From the IMG/VR virus record IMGVR_UViG_3300044957_001482, positions 34,179 through 98,178 of that record: a DNA stretch of 64,000 nt. One strand, written 5' to 3'. The notes beneath the pieces were generated by a model. The model was not told the origin of the DNA. It was given only the letters and a program-made list of their open reading frames with translations, and did not search any database. Positions within the stretch are counted from its first letter, which is position 1. Every line of letters starts with the position of its first letter. Below are positions 38,901 to 47,291 of this stretch, one piece after another. Made by a program: the position numbers and the translations under genes. This stretch comes from a virus (taxonomy: Duplodnaviria; Caudoviricetes).

Positions 38901-41900
38901 TCAACTCCCAGGTGCCCAATGTGTCGGCACTGATTGGGTCCGGCGGGCGGATGACCATAAATGTAATCAATCTTTCTGCCACGGTACCGGACAATCGCGT
39001 TGAAGTCTTGCCGGGCACAATAGGCACAGTGTTTGATGACCTTGGCTTTGAATTGTTTGCACGCACCCAGACCATACTCAATCCGTATGCCAAGGGCTAC
39101 GCTGGATTTGGCTACAGTTTGTCGGTGTCCGACACTACCGTCGAACTGGCCGTGGGTACTCCGTCGGGCACCATGTATTTTGTAGCACTGTTTGATGACG
39201 GCAACACAGACTTTGACGGTGCTGCCACAGATTTCTTCAGCGAAACCGTGCAGAGCGGCACAGTGCTAATATACAATTTCTTCCCCAGTGCCAACGCATC
39301 ATTGAGCAATCCCGGGCAGTTTGTTTTTGGGCAACAGATAACCACTGATTCTGTGGCATATCTCGACAAATTTGGTCAATCGGTTGACTACACATCGGGA
39401 CTGTTATGGATTGGGTCTCCGGGGTTTGAATCTGATGATTTACAGAATGCCAACACCGGGCGTGTCTATTTGTTTGACAATCCCGGACGTTTGCTAGCCT
39501 GGGTACCGCTGCACACACAACAACCAGTGGTAGATGTCAGGCTTCTGAATTCGATATTTCTCTACAATCGCATCACTTCTGCTACCACTGAATTCCTGGA
39601 TTTCTTTGATCCTCTGCAAGGCAAAATACTAGGTGCAGCCCGACAGAACATTGACTACATCGGTAGTGTGGATCCGGCCTTTTACAATATTGGTTCTGCT
39701 GCGGTGCGCAGTGGCACCACCTGGGGATCTGCGCAGGTAGGGGAAGTGTGGTGGGATATTTCGTCGGTGCGATTCATCGATCCCAATCAGGATAACACAG
39801 TGTATGCTGCCCGTCGATGGGGACAACCATTCCCGGGCAGCACCGTGGATGTCTATCAGTGGATAGTAAGTCCGGTGCCTCCGGCCAACTATCCCGGACC
39901 GGGCACAGTTCGCGACATCATAAATTATTCTGTCAACACTGTGCTGAGTTCTTCTGGGATCATATCAACCGAATATTTCTTCTGGGTACAGGGCATATCA
40001 TTGGTATCCACAGCCAAAGGCAAAACATTGTCAGTGGACGCAGTGGCACGCTACATCGAAAATCCACAGGCTACAGGTATCTCGTACCTAGCACCCATCA
40101 ACGCAAGCACCGTGGCAATATACAACTGTGAAAATCTGCTAGAGGCTGCAGATACCATCCTACATATTGAATACGATCGTGAATTCACTGCAGACAATGT
40201 CCACGTGGAATACGAGCTGATTGCCCAGGATCGCCCCGACGGCTTTCTCAGCGACAACCTCTATAGAAAGCTACAAGACAGTCTGTGTGGAGTGGATGTT
40301 GCAGGCAACTTGGTACCAGACATGTTCTTGAGCCCACCCGAGCGGTACGGGGTACAATTCAGGCCGCGCCAGAGCATGTTCGTGAATCGATTCCTGTCCT
40401 TGCAAAACTATGTGACCAGTACCAACACTGTATTGGCACAATTTCCAATTTCAGAAACTCGTAGTTTTAATCTTCTGAACAGCCGAGATCCCGAACCCAC
40501 TGCGGCATCTGGGCAATGGGATCGGCGGGTAGCCACACTGGAGGTACTTGGTTTCCAGGTTCTCACGGACATACCCATTGGGTTCAGATATCTAGTGTCA
40601 TCAGACGAAAGCCAACAAGGTCGTTGGACCATCTACGAAGTGGTTTTGTCTTTGATAGACAACACAGTCAAGACTTTCCAACTGGTGCTGGTACAAAATT
40701 ATTATACGCCGGATTATTGGTCCTATATCAATTGGTATCTTCCCGGCTACAATTTCAGCATCCGTCCGGTGCTGGAAGTTCCAAATGTGTCCAGTCTGGA
40801 TACGATAACAGTGCCAGTGGGATCCAGTGTCAAGGTCACAGCCAATGGTCGCGGCAAATTTGAAATCTATCGTCGCGGACTCGCAGGATTTGACCGAGTG
40901 GGACTGGAGGATGGAACCATTGAAATATCTCCAGATATCTACGACTATGCAGCAGGTAGATTTGGCTTCGATGTTGAGGTATTTGATACGCAATACTTTG
41001 ATCAGGAACCGGTGATCGAGACCAGAAAGATCGTGCAGGCCATCAATCAGGAACTGTTCGTGGATGATCTTCTCATAGAACGCAATCGCCTGCTGATGCT
41101 GATGTTTGATTATGTTCTCAGTGAGTCAGTGGCGCCCGAATGGCTGGTCAAAACCAGTTTGATTGACGTGGATCACAGGATTCGTGAATTGTTGCCTTTC
41201 CAGAATTATGTTCGTGACAATCAAGAATTTGTAATCGATTACATACAAGAAGTCAAACCCTATCATGTACAGGTGCGAGAATTCAATCTTACCTATTCAG
41301 GCCAAAACAATTATGAAGGCAGCTTGGTTGATTTTGATGTTCCGGCCTACTTTGACACTGCTCTGACACTACCGCAATTTGTAAGTCCAATCTTGCTGCC
41401 CTACGAAGCAGGAACAGCTCAGGTCAGTAACTTCTTGAGTGATGTGGCATCGACTGCAGCGGTCTGGCAGCAATGGCCATGGAGTCAATGGATCGCCAAT
41501 CATCTTCTGGTTGTAGACCTTGTGATAGTTCCTGAGAGCAAGCGAGGATCAGGGTACACAGATCCTCCGCAGATAATCATTGTGGGAGATGCAGCGGTCC
41601 CGGCCACTGCGGTGGCAGTGATCAATGCATCAGGACAGATGATAGCGATCAACGTGACTTCGCGCGGATCAGGTTATCGATCCACACCCACAGTCGAGAT
41701 CTCGGGAGGCAACGGAACCGGTGCCGAGGCCTATGCAGTACTGATTGGGCAAGGCCTGGCACAGGATTTCAGTGGGGAAATAGTTACCGCCCAGCGATCG
41801 CCATACAACCTGGTGCGATCGATCAAGACGGTGATCAAATATGATCGCTATCAATATGTGTCAACCGTCGTGATCTGGCGGCCTGACGCGGTTTACGAAA

Positions 41901-44689
41901 ATGGCACCTTGGTGCGGCACCTTGATCGAGTCTGGCGCGCAGACAACACTGCCGGTGGCGTGGTAGTTGGTCCTGATTTCGATCTCGAGTACTGGCAACC
42001 GGTACCTGCATCTGCTCTAAGTGGTGCAGATCGCACCATGGGATTCTATGTGGCAGGGGTAGATTCGCCCGGACTGGAATTGCCGTTGTTGATAGACGGA
42101 ATATCATATCCTGGCGTCCAGGTCCAGGGCAACCCGTTGAGGACGCAGGACGAGCGACCACTGGATGTGATATATCGCAGCAGTTTCAAGGACCTGTTCT
42201 TGGGTCTAGATCCCACAGATATCAATGTCGACGGTGGAGAGTTCATAGGATCGTTTGAAGGACATGCTCCAGAGGAGCTGATCAACGGCAGTGAATTTGA
42301 TACCGTGGATATCAAGGTATTCACACGGCCCGGTTCGGACTGGCAGGGTGATGGTCATGGGTTCCAGATCGGTGCAGTGAACACGATATACAAATCCGTG
42401 ACGAATTTTTCATGGTCCTGGGCCGGAGTGTTGAAAAATCCGGCAGCGTTGATCGCTACCAACCAATCCACCGGCACAGTATTGACCCAGGATCTTGATT
42501 ATGTGGTTGACTGGAGCAATCAAACCATTTCTATCGTGCCTGGCCGGGTCGGCGAGGATCAGTTGGTCAACACCATGTTGTTTGAAGTTGGCGGAGGCAG
42601 CCAGTTGTATCGCACGATACTGAAAGGCAACGACGTTGAGTACGGCATTTTCTATGTTCCGGTAAACACAGCAGAAATACAAAATGTTGTGGTTTTTGTG
42701 GATGGCCAGGTCAGTGCCTCGCCAACATGGGAACCGTGGATTGCCAGCCAGCCGTGGTCTCTAAATCAATCGTATGATCAAAACACAGTGGTCAACAACG
42801 CAGGAATCTATTACAGGTCCACTCGAGCAGTGATACCAGGCATAGAAATCAGCAATTTAACCTACTGGTTGCCTTTTGTGCCTACCCTGATGACTCAGGT
42901 AACCATGCCCACAGAGCCATCCCCGGAATCTGGACTCACCGTGGTAGTAATGGGCTATGTCACTGTACCAGTTGGTAATCTGATCATAGGGCGTCAATAC
43001 ACCATACAGATTGCAGGATCCACTGATTGGTCCACAGTGGGAGCACCAGATTCAACACCAGGCACAGTGTTTACAGCTCAGGCCAGTGGCACTGGATCAG
43101 GAACAGCGATCACCGATTATGAGTGGAGCTCGCCACAAATACAGTATCAAATAGTAGATTCCGAAGTGTTGCTGACTCAAACAATACCATTGGTCAATTC
43201 TCTGTCGGGCACCAACTCAGTGAACATGATCGTGACACTGAATGGGTTGAGATTGCAACCACCAGCCGGAATCCGATGGTCAGGTGATGGAAGCACCACT
43301 GATTTTGGGTTGCCACAACGTCTGGGAACCAGTTTTTCTCAGAGTTCAATCAGTGCTACCACCGACATCGCGGTATGGGTCAATGATATTTTTCAAACTC
43401 AGAGCATTGGTTCTGTTGTCGGAGATTACAGCGTAACCAACTGGGACGGCAGCAACGTGCCAGGTCGTCAGGTGGTGTTTGCAGTACCACCACCCCTACG
43501 CGCAGAAATCGTTATCACAGTGTCGACGTTGTCTCAGTATTCGGTGGCCGGCAACAGTCTGGAAATTTCTCCGTTGCTCAATCTCGGAGATATAATTTCT
43601 ATTATCACATTCAATGACACCTCGCAGCAAGGCATTTTGACCACAGTGTTCAATGGTCCGGTCATCGCCAACACTCCGGTAATCGAAGGTTATGATTACA
43701 CTGACTTTGATGTTGGTTTGATCACCGGCGGCGCCGGATCATTTGATTATAGCTCGACCTCGATAATCACAACCAATCAGTTTGATCTCTACTCGACTGG
43801 TTTCACAGCTGGCCGTTTGTGGGTCACACTGGACGGAGTAAAACAGTACGAAGGTTTAGATTATACCATACAAGGACAATATTTGATCCTGGCCAGTGGC
43901 ACCATTGGATTGGATCAATCTCTGGTAGTGACTCAGTTCACCGAAAGCATCGTGCCCGCGAGCGCAGCCTTTAGAATTTTCCAAGACATGCGAGGAACAC
44001 AGGCCACATATAGAATCACACCGTCCTCTACCACACAGTTGGCTCGGCCTTTGTTGCAGTTTGACAGCGAGATCCGAGTGGTCGATGCATCAGCCCTGAC
44101 TGAACCAAATCTCAATCTGGGCATATTTGGGGAGATCACGGTCAACAGTGAGCGCATTACCTATCGTGTGAGAGACCTTGCGTCCAACCGCCTAACAGGA
44201 CTACGTCGCGGAACTGCAGGAACTGCTGCAGCCGATCATGCGGTTGGCTCTGCGGTATATGATATCGGCCGCGGCAACTTGTTGACTGAAGAATATCAGA
44301 ACTATGTGGTCAGTGACACCACTGTGGCCGACGGCAGTATCACGGTGTATTATGCTCCCAACATCGAAATCTCTGATTTTGGTGATAGTAGCTCAATCTA
44401 TGTTGAAAGTATAGAGGTCTACGTGGGTGGAACAAGACAGTATAGATTTGGGGATACTACTGCAGTGAGCCAGTATCGTTGGATTGTCACGGATTTTGAT
44501 CCTTTGGCCATTGAATTCATTCGAAACGAAGATCCGTTGGCATTGGACCCGGCACCGCCGGCAGGAGTTGAAGTTACCATCCTACAGCGTCGTGCTTTGG
44601 GATGGTATGGCCCCGGAGTCAGACAAACCAATGGGCTTGCGTTGCAGGAAACAAACACTGTGGCCGCACGGTTTTTGACCGGAAGATAA
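29954..44689 (+). CDS. Giant (4911 aa) baseplate structural protein, gp7-like position, with FG-GAP-like propeller and Ig/CBM-like modules
   Basis: Uninterrupted 14.7-kb ORF directly after gp6. Contains YIQEVKPYH, seven (F/Y)G.S......VG(A/S)P...G.VY repeats, VPQDAPDTLYY and GSGY...P repeats. Confidence 0.75.
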   Translation: MAKVRSVDFLPEIFQTDTNRQFLAATLDMLVQEPKFKKSQGFIGRTVGPGVNPSDRYIVEPDRVRADYQLEPGVICLEENPDRIKEAITYPGMQDAISFQGGNGNRADRLYQSDYYTWDPFVEFDSLVNFSQYYWLPNGPDPVTVAATGIPVSNDFTVTRANGVYTFSGVAGNTPLIELVRGGNYTFRVSQNTKETVNYRVTNQGTSAYVIDGASNPTLTLVRGNTYVFNLTLRGLFPFWIKILPTQGVFDAYSQGVIGNGNAAGLITFVVPQDAPDTLYYVSQNQPNMQGVFNIVNGQSGTGPGFWIQTDPGLSGTLEATPNISSRTVMGVSNNGEDLGTISFNVPSRTAQQFYYDLAQFTVPVDLVTDFRFNQINNQPLNEVIQRLQAYDMANFDSAQTSGSPGSYDYNPGPDVELTEFARTGIDGVTYLENRTLIFLNVDSGWERTTLFDPLSRDPANNFTTGSFDTTLYDQVLPILPEDRQQLWQINIETREGISFVNLVKVADIPSLSKFTVRYGTVYSNTTWFKNDVGRFEPVPLLTAVRDTFYYQDGTDPDLFGVIRLVDPVQSSTLFVDDILDQTNYQSPNGVEFTNGLKVVFRGDVVPASYGSGTIGIDCSGTSSEFNTIITYSTENLYIGQEILFFGPVSAGLVPGRSYYVFTIVNQFQFSVSAVPGGMAVPLSTATVNFTATAINYREYYVSGVGTAIKLLPVSDFVVVESYAGDSSDFVVVESYAGDSNDSTLAVEPLQPDYITIDRASRDLNAWTRSNRWFHIDVITATAAYNNTVIDVRNESRAKRPILQFRPGIRLFNMGTEGKQPVDIIDLSQTDAFSNVQGATSYTINGYSFVNGTRVIFGADQDPAVKNKIWVVEFIVPDTVFPLIAQPVINLTLAPDGITLVDQSVISLNPVLFADGTQATGNTFWFTGVSWVLAQRKESVNQAPLFDVYDDTEISFGDRVKYPSTNFQGSKLFSYAVSDPGVPDAILEFPLRYLNVANIGDIVFENNLYRDQFVYTRDNVSVTLPISLGTTREYRSRTQYQRLLGWQRARTQSLVYQQFKFINDGTLLQLDIRAEQRQDIPPVKVYVESTFVSPGDYTVTRGNDSTTIAFDISLPDGAIIEVLILSDQVSKTGFYRVPINLENNPLNANSRELTLGTIRTHYQGLCENLTELQGPISGANNSRDLGNLVPYGLTILQQSSPLTLAGYFLRSAEFNIFDSLIFNNQEYIKYKNQILQSVTEQELQFQTAAQILDQAIESVTAGRVQSQPFYWSDMIPSGAVFTQTNYTVTITTTNTFNTLQIYDYHSANYRGLNVYLNDRILLRGRDYVVATDGARITVLISMSLGDVLTLREYSETYGNFCPNTPTKLGLYPAWEPRVAVERTSTGEQTVIVGHDGSITKPFDDIRDEVLLEFERRIYNNLKLDGNPVPLTISDVLPGEFRDTGYSLEEIQTILNEDFLSYVAWNKLDYRAQEYRANNEFTYNYSQATSKINNVPLPGAWRGINRYFYDTQQPQLTPWEMLGFTVEPAWWTLVYGSAPYTQDNLVLWDDLAQGLVRDPQGSYILSQYARPGLQQVIPTDSQGQLQSPLTAVVGTFDAQQFRRSWSLGDGGPVEASWWNSSSYPFAVMRLLALTRPAKFFALFVDRDLYRYSEEYRQFLYDDRYRLDANGVQVYGNGVSKAGYLDWIVDYNRQSGLDSTQDLTNDLSRLDVRLCYRMAAFSDKQYIKLYTEKSSPNSENTSFLIPDENYQLLLYKNQPFDRAVYSAVIVQRVPGGYAVYGYSTAQPFFTVFEGQTAGTLVPITVSGKTVRVPARYTAKALSIPYGFIFADENSVSDFLLGYGEYLELQGLSFTNTENGYQLDWKQMVVEFLYWSQQGWDDNSVIVLNPLASRLSIERSRAVVDNINIQTTNKILLDQNRRALPVRNLNIVRLNNIFTVEPLDDRALSFIDLTYTSYEHMIVLNNVSLFGDLIYDPVTVARQSRLNIIAISTAEWNGQIDTPGFILNQNTVEEWNPTQRYSKGEIVLYKDSYWSAATIVQPSEYFNFSDWVQSDYEQIELGLLPNLANKANQIANSYNINQANLETDNDLLSYGLIGFRPRQYMTALQLDDVSQVNVYRQFLDTKGTILSAELLARARLGKESADYQIYENWAVQRAVYGANANRSFFELRLNRALLTANPSTIQVIQSEQSSLADQTILLSDIWRQSYRLTSTDILPTTTVAITDTALPSAGYVSLDDVDVTVFDLDDRNALSTVIDQINLDTKIWVARINDYDWNVYRVGSVPGNISHCCDNLDGTSLVIFTEFHGLVIGQQIIIKYFDTLIDGVYTVLSIPSLSKITIGFRFLGDQTVVNGAGIGFVLETMRVTQLSDIINLPYANQIQPGARVWADNNGDGRWTVVEKQQVFVSVTQLEPKILDTQSGYGSSVSQATDRFAALVGSPSYFESVPAGNDLYGAVYVYVRGHSEVYQPVSPANDRDAVLYLNTPGTRGFGNAVEFGNRSWAAAGASASLGEFGTENYGYVNVIHLDTSDYTPGSNPYIGCQVLVNPDDTDSASEFGYSLAMSLDERWLYVGAPGANRVYAYGLVIWQDQFVRTTMEDSTVEFDIAGQIQIDNENQVEVLIDNTLQTLNVDYTVSADFSTITIVDYVENGELVIQRRKDVSLDPAAGPTYANIGQYFFTVATAENLYSFSIEVVKEYNIVIDGIPTKIIETVQQRPNIDYEFGDGSSLDLTFKYAFGPEVQQINLRAQGYWQFVDSLAVPDLPVDARFGHSVSTSTDGRQVMVGAPYHEVNQQDRAGSVYVFDRNVQRFIYGQESSTVDFTLLGSVTEPVAVTVNGQFLISQSSSVIDAPNSFTVFYNSYISSWQVRINADLAVGDVIEIETNQFRLLQALAQESAEEFAEFGTSTDLCSTNCSLYIGAPSSSVQVYKGGVVERWVNQATVYGTISATNAPVSLTPGHTLRVNDIDVAVPAAPNNTPAGLAASINSQVPNVSALIGSGGRMTINVINLSATVPDNRVEVLPGTIGTVFDDLGFELFARTQTILNPYAKGYAGFGYSLSVSDTTVELAVGTPSGTMYFVALFDDGNTDFDGAATDFFSETVQSGTVLIYNFFPSANASLSNPGQFVFGQQITTDSVAYLDKFGQSVDYTSGLLWIGSPGFESDDLQNANTGRVYLFDNPGRLLAWVPLHTQQPVVDVRLLNSIFLYNRITSATTEFLDFFDPLQGKILGAARQNIDYIGSVDPAFYNIGSAAVRSGTTWGSAQVGEVWWDISSVRFIDPNQDNTVYAARRWGQPFPGSTVDVYQWIVSPVPPANYPGPGTVRDIINYSVNTVLSSSGIISTEYFFWVQGISLVSTAKGKTLSVDAVARYIENPQATGISYLAPINASTVAIYNCENLLEAADTILHIEYDREFTADNVHVEYELIAQDRPDGFLSDNLYRKLQDSLCGVDVAGNLVPDMFLSPPERYGVQFRPRQSMFVNRFLSLQNYVTSTNTVLAQFPISETRSFNLLNSRDPEPTAASGQWDRRVATLEVLGFQVLTDIPIGFRYLVSSDESQQGRWTIYEVVLSLIDNTVKTFQLVLVQNYYTPDYWSYINWYLPGYNFSIRPVLEVPNVSSLDTITVPVGSSVKVTANGRGKFEIYRRGLAGFDRVGLEDGTIEISPDIYDYAAGRFGFDVEVFDTQYFDQEPVIETRKIVQAINQELFVDDLLIERNRLLMLMFDYVLSESVAPEWLVKTSLIDVDHRIRELLPFQNYVRDNQEFVIDYIQEVKPYHVQVREFNLTYSGQNNYEGSLVDFDVPAYFDTALTLPQFVSPILLPYEAGTAQVSNFLSDVASTAAVWQQWPWSQWIANHLLVVDLVIVPESKRGSGYTDPPQIIIVGDAAVPATAVAVINASGQMIAINVTSRGSGYRSTPTVEISGGNGTGAEAYAVLIGQGLAQDFSGEIVTAQRSPYNLVRSIKTVIKYDRYQYVSTVVIWRPDAVYENGTLVRHLDRVWRADNTAGGVVVGPDFDLEYWQPVPASALSGADRTMGFYVAGVDSPGLELPLLIDGISYPGVQVQGNPLRTQDERPLDVIYRSSFKDLFLGLDPTDINVDGGEFIGSFEGHAPEELINGSEFDTVDIKVFTRPGSDWQGDGHGFQIGAVNTIYKSVTNFSWSWAGVLKNPAALIATNQSTGTVLTQDLDYVVDWSNQTISIVPGRVGEDQLVNTMLFEVGGGSQLYRTILKGNDVEYGIFYVPVNTAEIQNVVVFVDGQVSASPTWEPWIASQPWSLNQSYDQNTVVNNAGIYYRSTRAVIPGIEISNLTYWLPFVPTLMTQVTMPTEPSPESGLTVVVMGYVTVPVGNLIIGRQYTIQIAGSTDWSTVGAPDSTPGTVFTAQASGTGSGTAITDYEWSSPQIQYQIVDSEVLLTQTIPLVNSLSGTNSVNMIVTLNGLRLQPPAGIRWSGDGSTTDFGLPQRLGTSFSQSSISATTDIAVWVNDIFQTQSIGSVVGDYSVTNWDGSNVPGRQVVFAVPPPLRAEIVITVSTLSQYSVAGNSLEISPLLNLGDIISIITFNDTSQQGILTTVFNGPVIANTPVIEGYDYTDFDVGLITGGAGSFDYSSTSIITTNQFDLYSTGFTAGRLWVTLDGVKQYEGLDYTIQGQYLILASGTIGLDQSLVVTQFTESIVPASAAFRIFQDMRGTQATYRITPSSTTQLARPLLQFDSEIRVVDASALTEPNLNLGIFGEITVNSERITYRVRDLASNRLTGLRRGTAGTAAADHAVGSAVYDIGRGNLLTEEYQNYVVSDTTVADGSITVYYAPNIEISDFGDSSSIYVESIEVYVGGTRQYRFGDTTAVSQYRWIVTDFDPLAIEFIRNEDPLALDPAPPAGVEVTILQRRALGWYGPGVRQTNGLALQETNTVAARFLTGR
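32096..32173 (+). repeat. Exact 39-bp tandem duplication (SDFVVVESYAGDS x2)
   Basis: agtgatttcgtagttgtggaatcatatgcaggtgacagc at 32096-32134 and 32135-32173. Confidence 0.92.
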
Positions 44690-44707
44690 ATCAGGATAAA
44701 TAATAAC

Positions 44708-44857
44708 ATGTCGGAAAATGTTAAATCTACAGAATCCACAGAGACTACGCCGGCATCGGCTAACCAGCCCAATGAGCATGGCACAGTGTCCGTGCAAGGG
44801 TTTGTCAGGATCTGGGACCCAAACACAGCCAATGTATTTGTGGAGAAGCGAGCATGA
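44708..44857 (+). CDS. Small 49-aa virion-module protein, paralogous to the N-terminus of the next gene
   Basis: Not in the ORF track. MSENVKSTESTETTPASANQPNEHGTVSVQGFVRIWDPNTANVFVEKRA; preceded by GATAAATA (44695-44702); ATGA overlap with the next gene. Confidence 0.7.
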   Translation: MSENVKSTESTETTPASANQPNEHGTVSVQGFVRIWDPNTANVFVEKRA

Positions 44858-45459
44858 TCGTGCCCGGACTATGTAAAATCGAAGGCTTTGTCAAGATCCA
44901 TGATCCGGTATCGGGGGATATTCTAGTTGACAAAAAAAATGCCATCCATTATGAAAATATTTCTATTGCCATGGCGCAGACCTTGAGCGATCGCAATCTT
45001 GGTTACATTTATGAAATGGCATTTGGCAACGGTGGTAGCTCTGTAGATCCTACCGGGGTCATTACCTATCTTCCACCCAATGTCACCGGTCAGAATGCCG
45101 ATCTCTACAACGAAACCTATGCCAAAGTAGTCAACGACAATTTAGCTGCTGACACTGACCCTATCAATAACAAAATGACAGTGCTGCACACCTCGGGTAC
45201 AGTGTATACAGATATCCTGGTCACTTGTCTACTGGACTATGGCGAACCGCCTACTCAGCAGGCTTTTGATAACTCCACCAATTTCAACGGTGAGTTTGTG
45301 TTCGATGAACTGGGGCTCAAGGCCTGGAACGGTGCGCTCGATAACCTACGGTTGATAACACACGTGATTTTTCACCCGGTACAAAAAAGTTTGAATAGAC
45401 AGATACAGATTGATTACACTTTGCGCATTCAAACGCTGAGCAATATCAATGCTGTATAA
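44854..45459 (+). CDS. Virion structural protein (baseplate/fiber module)
   Basis: 201 aa, beta-rich; FDELGL...LITHVIFHPVQKSLNR.IQIDYTLRIQ. Lies between baseplate and fiber genes. Confidence 0.6.
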   Translation: MIVPGLCKIEGFVKIHDPVSGDILVDKKNAIHYENISIAMAQTLSDRNLGYIYEMAFGNGGSSVDPTGVITYLPPNVTGQNADLYNETYAKVVNDNLAADTDPINNKMTVLHTSGTVYTDILVTCLLDYGEPPTQQAFDNSTNFNGEFVFDELGLKAWNGALDNLRLITHVIFHPVQKSLNRQIQIDYTLRIQTLSNINAV

Positions 45460-45462
45460 ATA
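45455..45462 (+). promoter_or_regulatory. T4-type late promoter TATAAATA
   Basis: Exact consensus 21 nt upstream of ATG 45483, with an AAGG Shine-Dalgarno in between. Confidence 0.72.
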
Positions 45463-45482
45463 AAAAATAAGGTAACAAAGAA

Positions 45483-47279
45483 ATGGCATATACAATTACA
45501 CTAACTGATGGTAACGTTTTTGCAACCATACCCGACGGTCAGACCAACACCACGAGTTCAATGACTCTGATTGGTAAAAACTTTGCCGGATACGGACAAT
45601 TCCTGGATACCAACTTTGTTCGTTTGTTGGAAAATGGTTCAAACCTCAATGCACCCAGTGCACCTCTTACCGGGCAATTATGGTGGGACAAGGCCAACAA
45701 CCTGCTCAAGGTCTACAATGGCTCGGTATTCAAGACCATTTCTGCTGCCACTGCGTCGGCTACAGCACCTTCCAGCAATGTGACTGGTGATCTCTGGTAC
45801 GATACCGTAAATCAACAGCTCAAAGTGTGGACTGGTTCTCAGTTCATTGTGGTTGGTCCTGCGTTTTCGAGCAGCCAGGGCACATCGGGTGCACTGCCCG
45901 AAACTATTGCGGATTCGGGAGGTGTCACCAAGTTTATCACCAGTCTCTACGTTAACAACAACCGTGTGGGCATAGTCTACAATTCGGGATCATTTACCCC
46001 CCAGGCATCACTGCAATCGACCTTCCCGACTATATTTCCGGGTATCACACTGACCACTACCAATGGTGCATTTTTCGCAGGCACTGCTAACAATGCTACA
46101 TTCCTCGATGGACAACCGGCTAGCAGTTATGTGAGTTCGGTAGATCCCAACACATCAGTCACTGGCAATCTGCGTATTCTAAACAACAACGGATTCTTTG
46201 TGGGCGTCAGCAACGTGTTTACAGTTACCACGACCTCTACAGATGCCAACGTACTCAGTGCCATTTCGGGTGGTAACTTGGTCATACAGGCCAATGTGAG
46301 CGGGACTCGCCAAACAGTGGCATCGGCACTGGGCAGCAATGGAACATTTGCCATCGCCAACGCTGCCACGGTAGGAACCACGCTGGCAGTCAACGGTAAC
46401 GTTACCGGCGGCAACATCAACACAGCCGGTACGGTGTCAACTTCGGGCAACATAGTCGGGGGCAATGCTGTGATCACTGCATCGGTACAAGGCGCCACGG
46501 TCAGTGCCACTGGTAATGTGCAGGCAGGAAACTTGAGAACCACTGGGGTGATATCGGCGACAGGAAACATCTCGGCAGCCGGTAATATCTCGGGTACGTT
46601 TCTTTTGGGCAATGGTAGTCTGTTGACTGGCATCAGTGCAGCAGTATCGGTCCAAAAAATAAACAACGGAACGTCAGAAGCAAACATAGGTGTGCCCGGT
46701 GGCAACGCCAACATCAGTATTGGGGGCATATCAAATGTAGTAGTATTCACCAGTGATGCGAATTCAGGCGCTATTTTTGCCCTGCCGGTCTCAGTGCCAT
46801 CCATTGCCAAGACCGGGGCCAATGCAGTAGGCAACATCGGATCATCTTCCAACTTTTTCAACAGAATCTTCGCCACAGCCACCACTGCTCTCTATGCTGA
46901 CGTGGCAGAGCGTTTTGCTGCCGACGAGTACCTCGAACCAGGCACAGTGGTAGAATTGGGTGGCTCTGCTGAAATCACTCGTGCACAGAATGAACTGAGC
47001 GATTCGGTGTTTGGAGTGATTTCAACACACGCTGCCTATCTCATGAATGGTGGTGCAGGCAGCGACAACACACATCCACCAGTGGCAATGACCGGTAGAG
47101 TACCGGTTAAAGTGGTAGGAGTGGTAAATAAAGGTGATCGATTGGTCTCGGCGGGCAACGGTGTGGCCCGTGCTGCATTGCCTGGCGAGGCCACGGCGTT
47201 CAATGTGATTGGTCGGTCTCTGCTTGCCAAGCACACAACAGAAATTGGGCTAGTTGAAGCCATTGTAACTATCAAATAA
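45483..47279 (+). CDS. Tail fiber protein with C-terminal intramolecular-chaperone/autocleavage-like domain
   Basis: GQLWWD/GDLWYD repeats, GN(V/I)xxGN beta repeats, and a C-terminal ALYADVAERF...GTVV...GVIST...VAMTGRVPVKV domain. Confidence 0.78.
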   Translation: MAYTITLTDGNVFATIPDGQTNTTSSMTLIGKNFAGYGQFLDTNFVRLLENGSNLNAPSAPLTGQLWWDKANNLLKVYNGSVFKTISAATASATAPSSNVTGDLWYDTVNQQLKVWTGSQFIVVGPAFSSSQGTSGALPETIADSGGVTKFITSLYVNNNRVGIVYNSGSFTPQASLQSTFPTIFPGITLTTTNGAFFAGTANNATFLDGQPASSYVSSVDPNTSVTGNLRILNNNGFFVGVSNVFTVTTTSTDANVLSAISGGNLVIQANVSGTRQTVASALGSNGTFAIANAATVGTTLAVNGNVTGGNINTAGTVSTSGNIVGGNAVITASVQGATVSATGNVQAGNLRTTGVISATGNISAAGNISGTFLLGNGSLLTGISAAVSVQKINNGTSEANIGVPGGNANISIGGISNVVVFTSDANSGAIFALPVSVPSIAKTGANAVGNIGSSSNFFNRIFATATTALYADVAERFAADEYLEPGTVVELGGSAEITRAQNELSDSVFGVISTHAAYLMNGGAGSDNTHPPVAMTGRVPVKVVGVVNKGDRLVSAGNGVARAALPGEATAFNVIGRSLLAKHTTEIGLVEAIVTIK

Positions 47280-47291
47280 CTGGAAAAAAAT

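Noticed and set aside
29954-44689. Intein or intron explaining the size of the giant protein
   Set aside because: No intein splice motifs or LAGLIDADG signature noticed; the length is explained by structural repeats.
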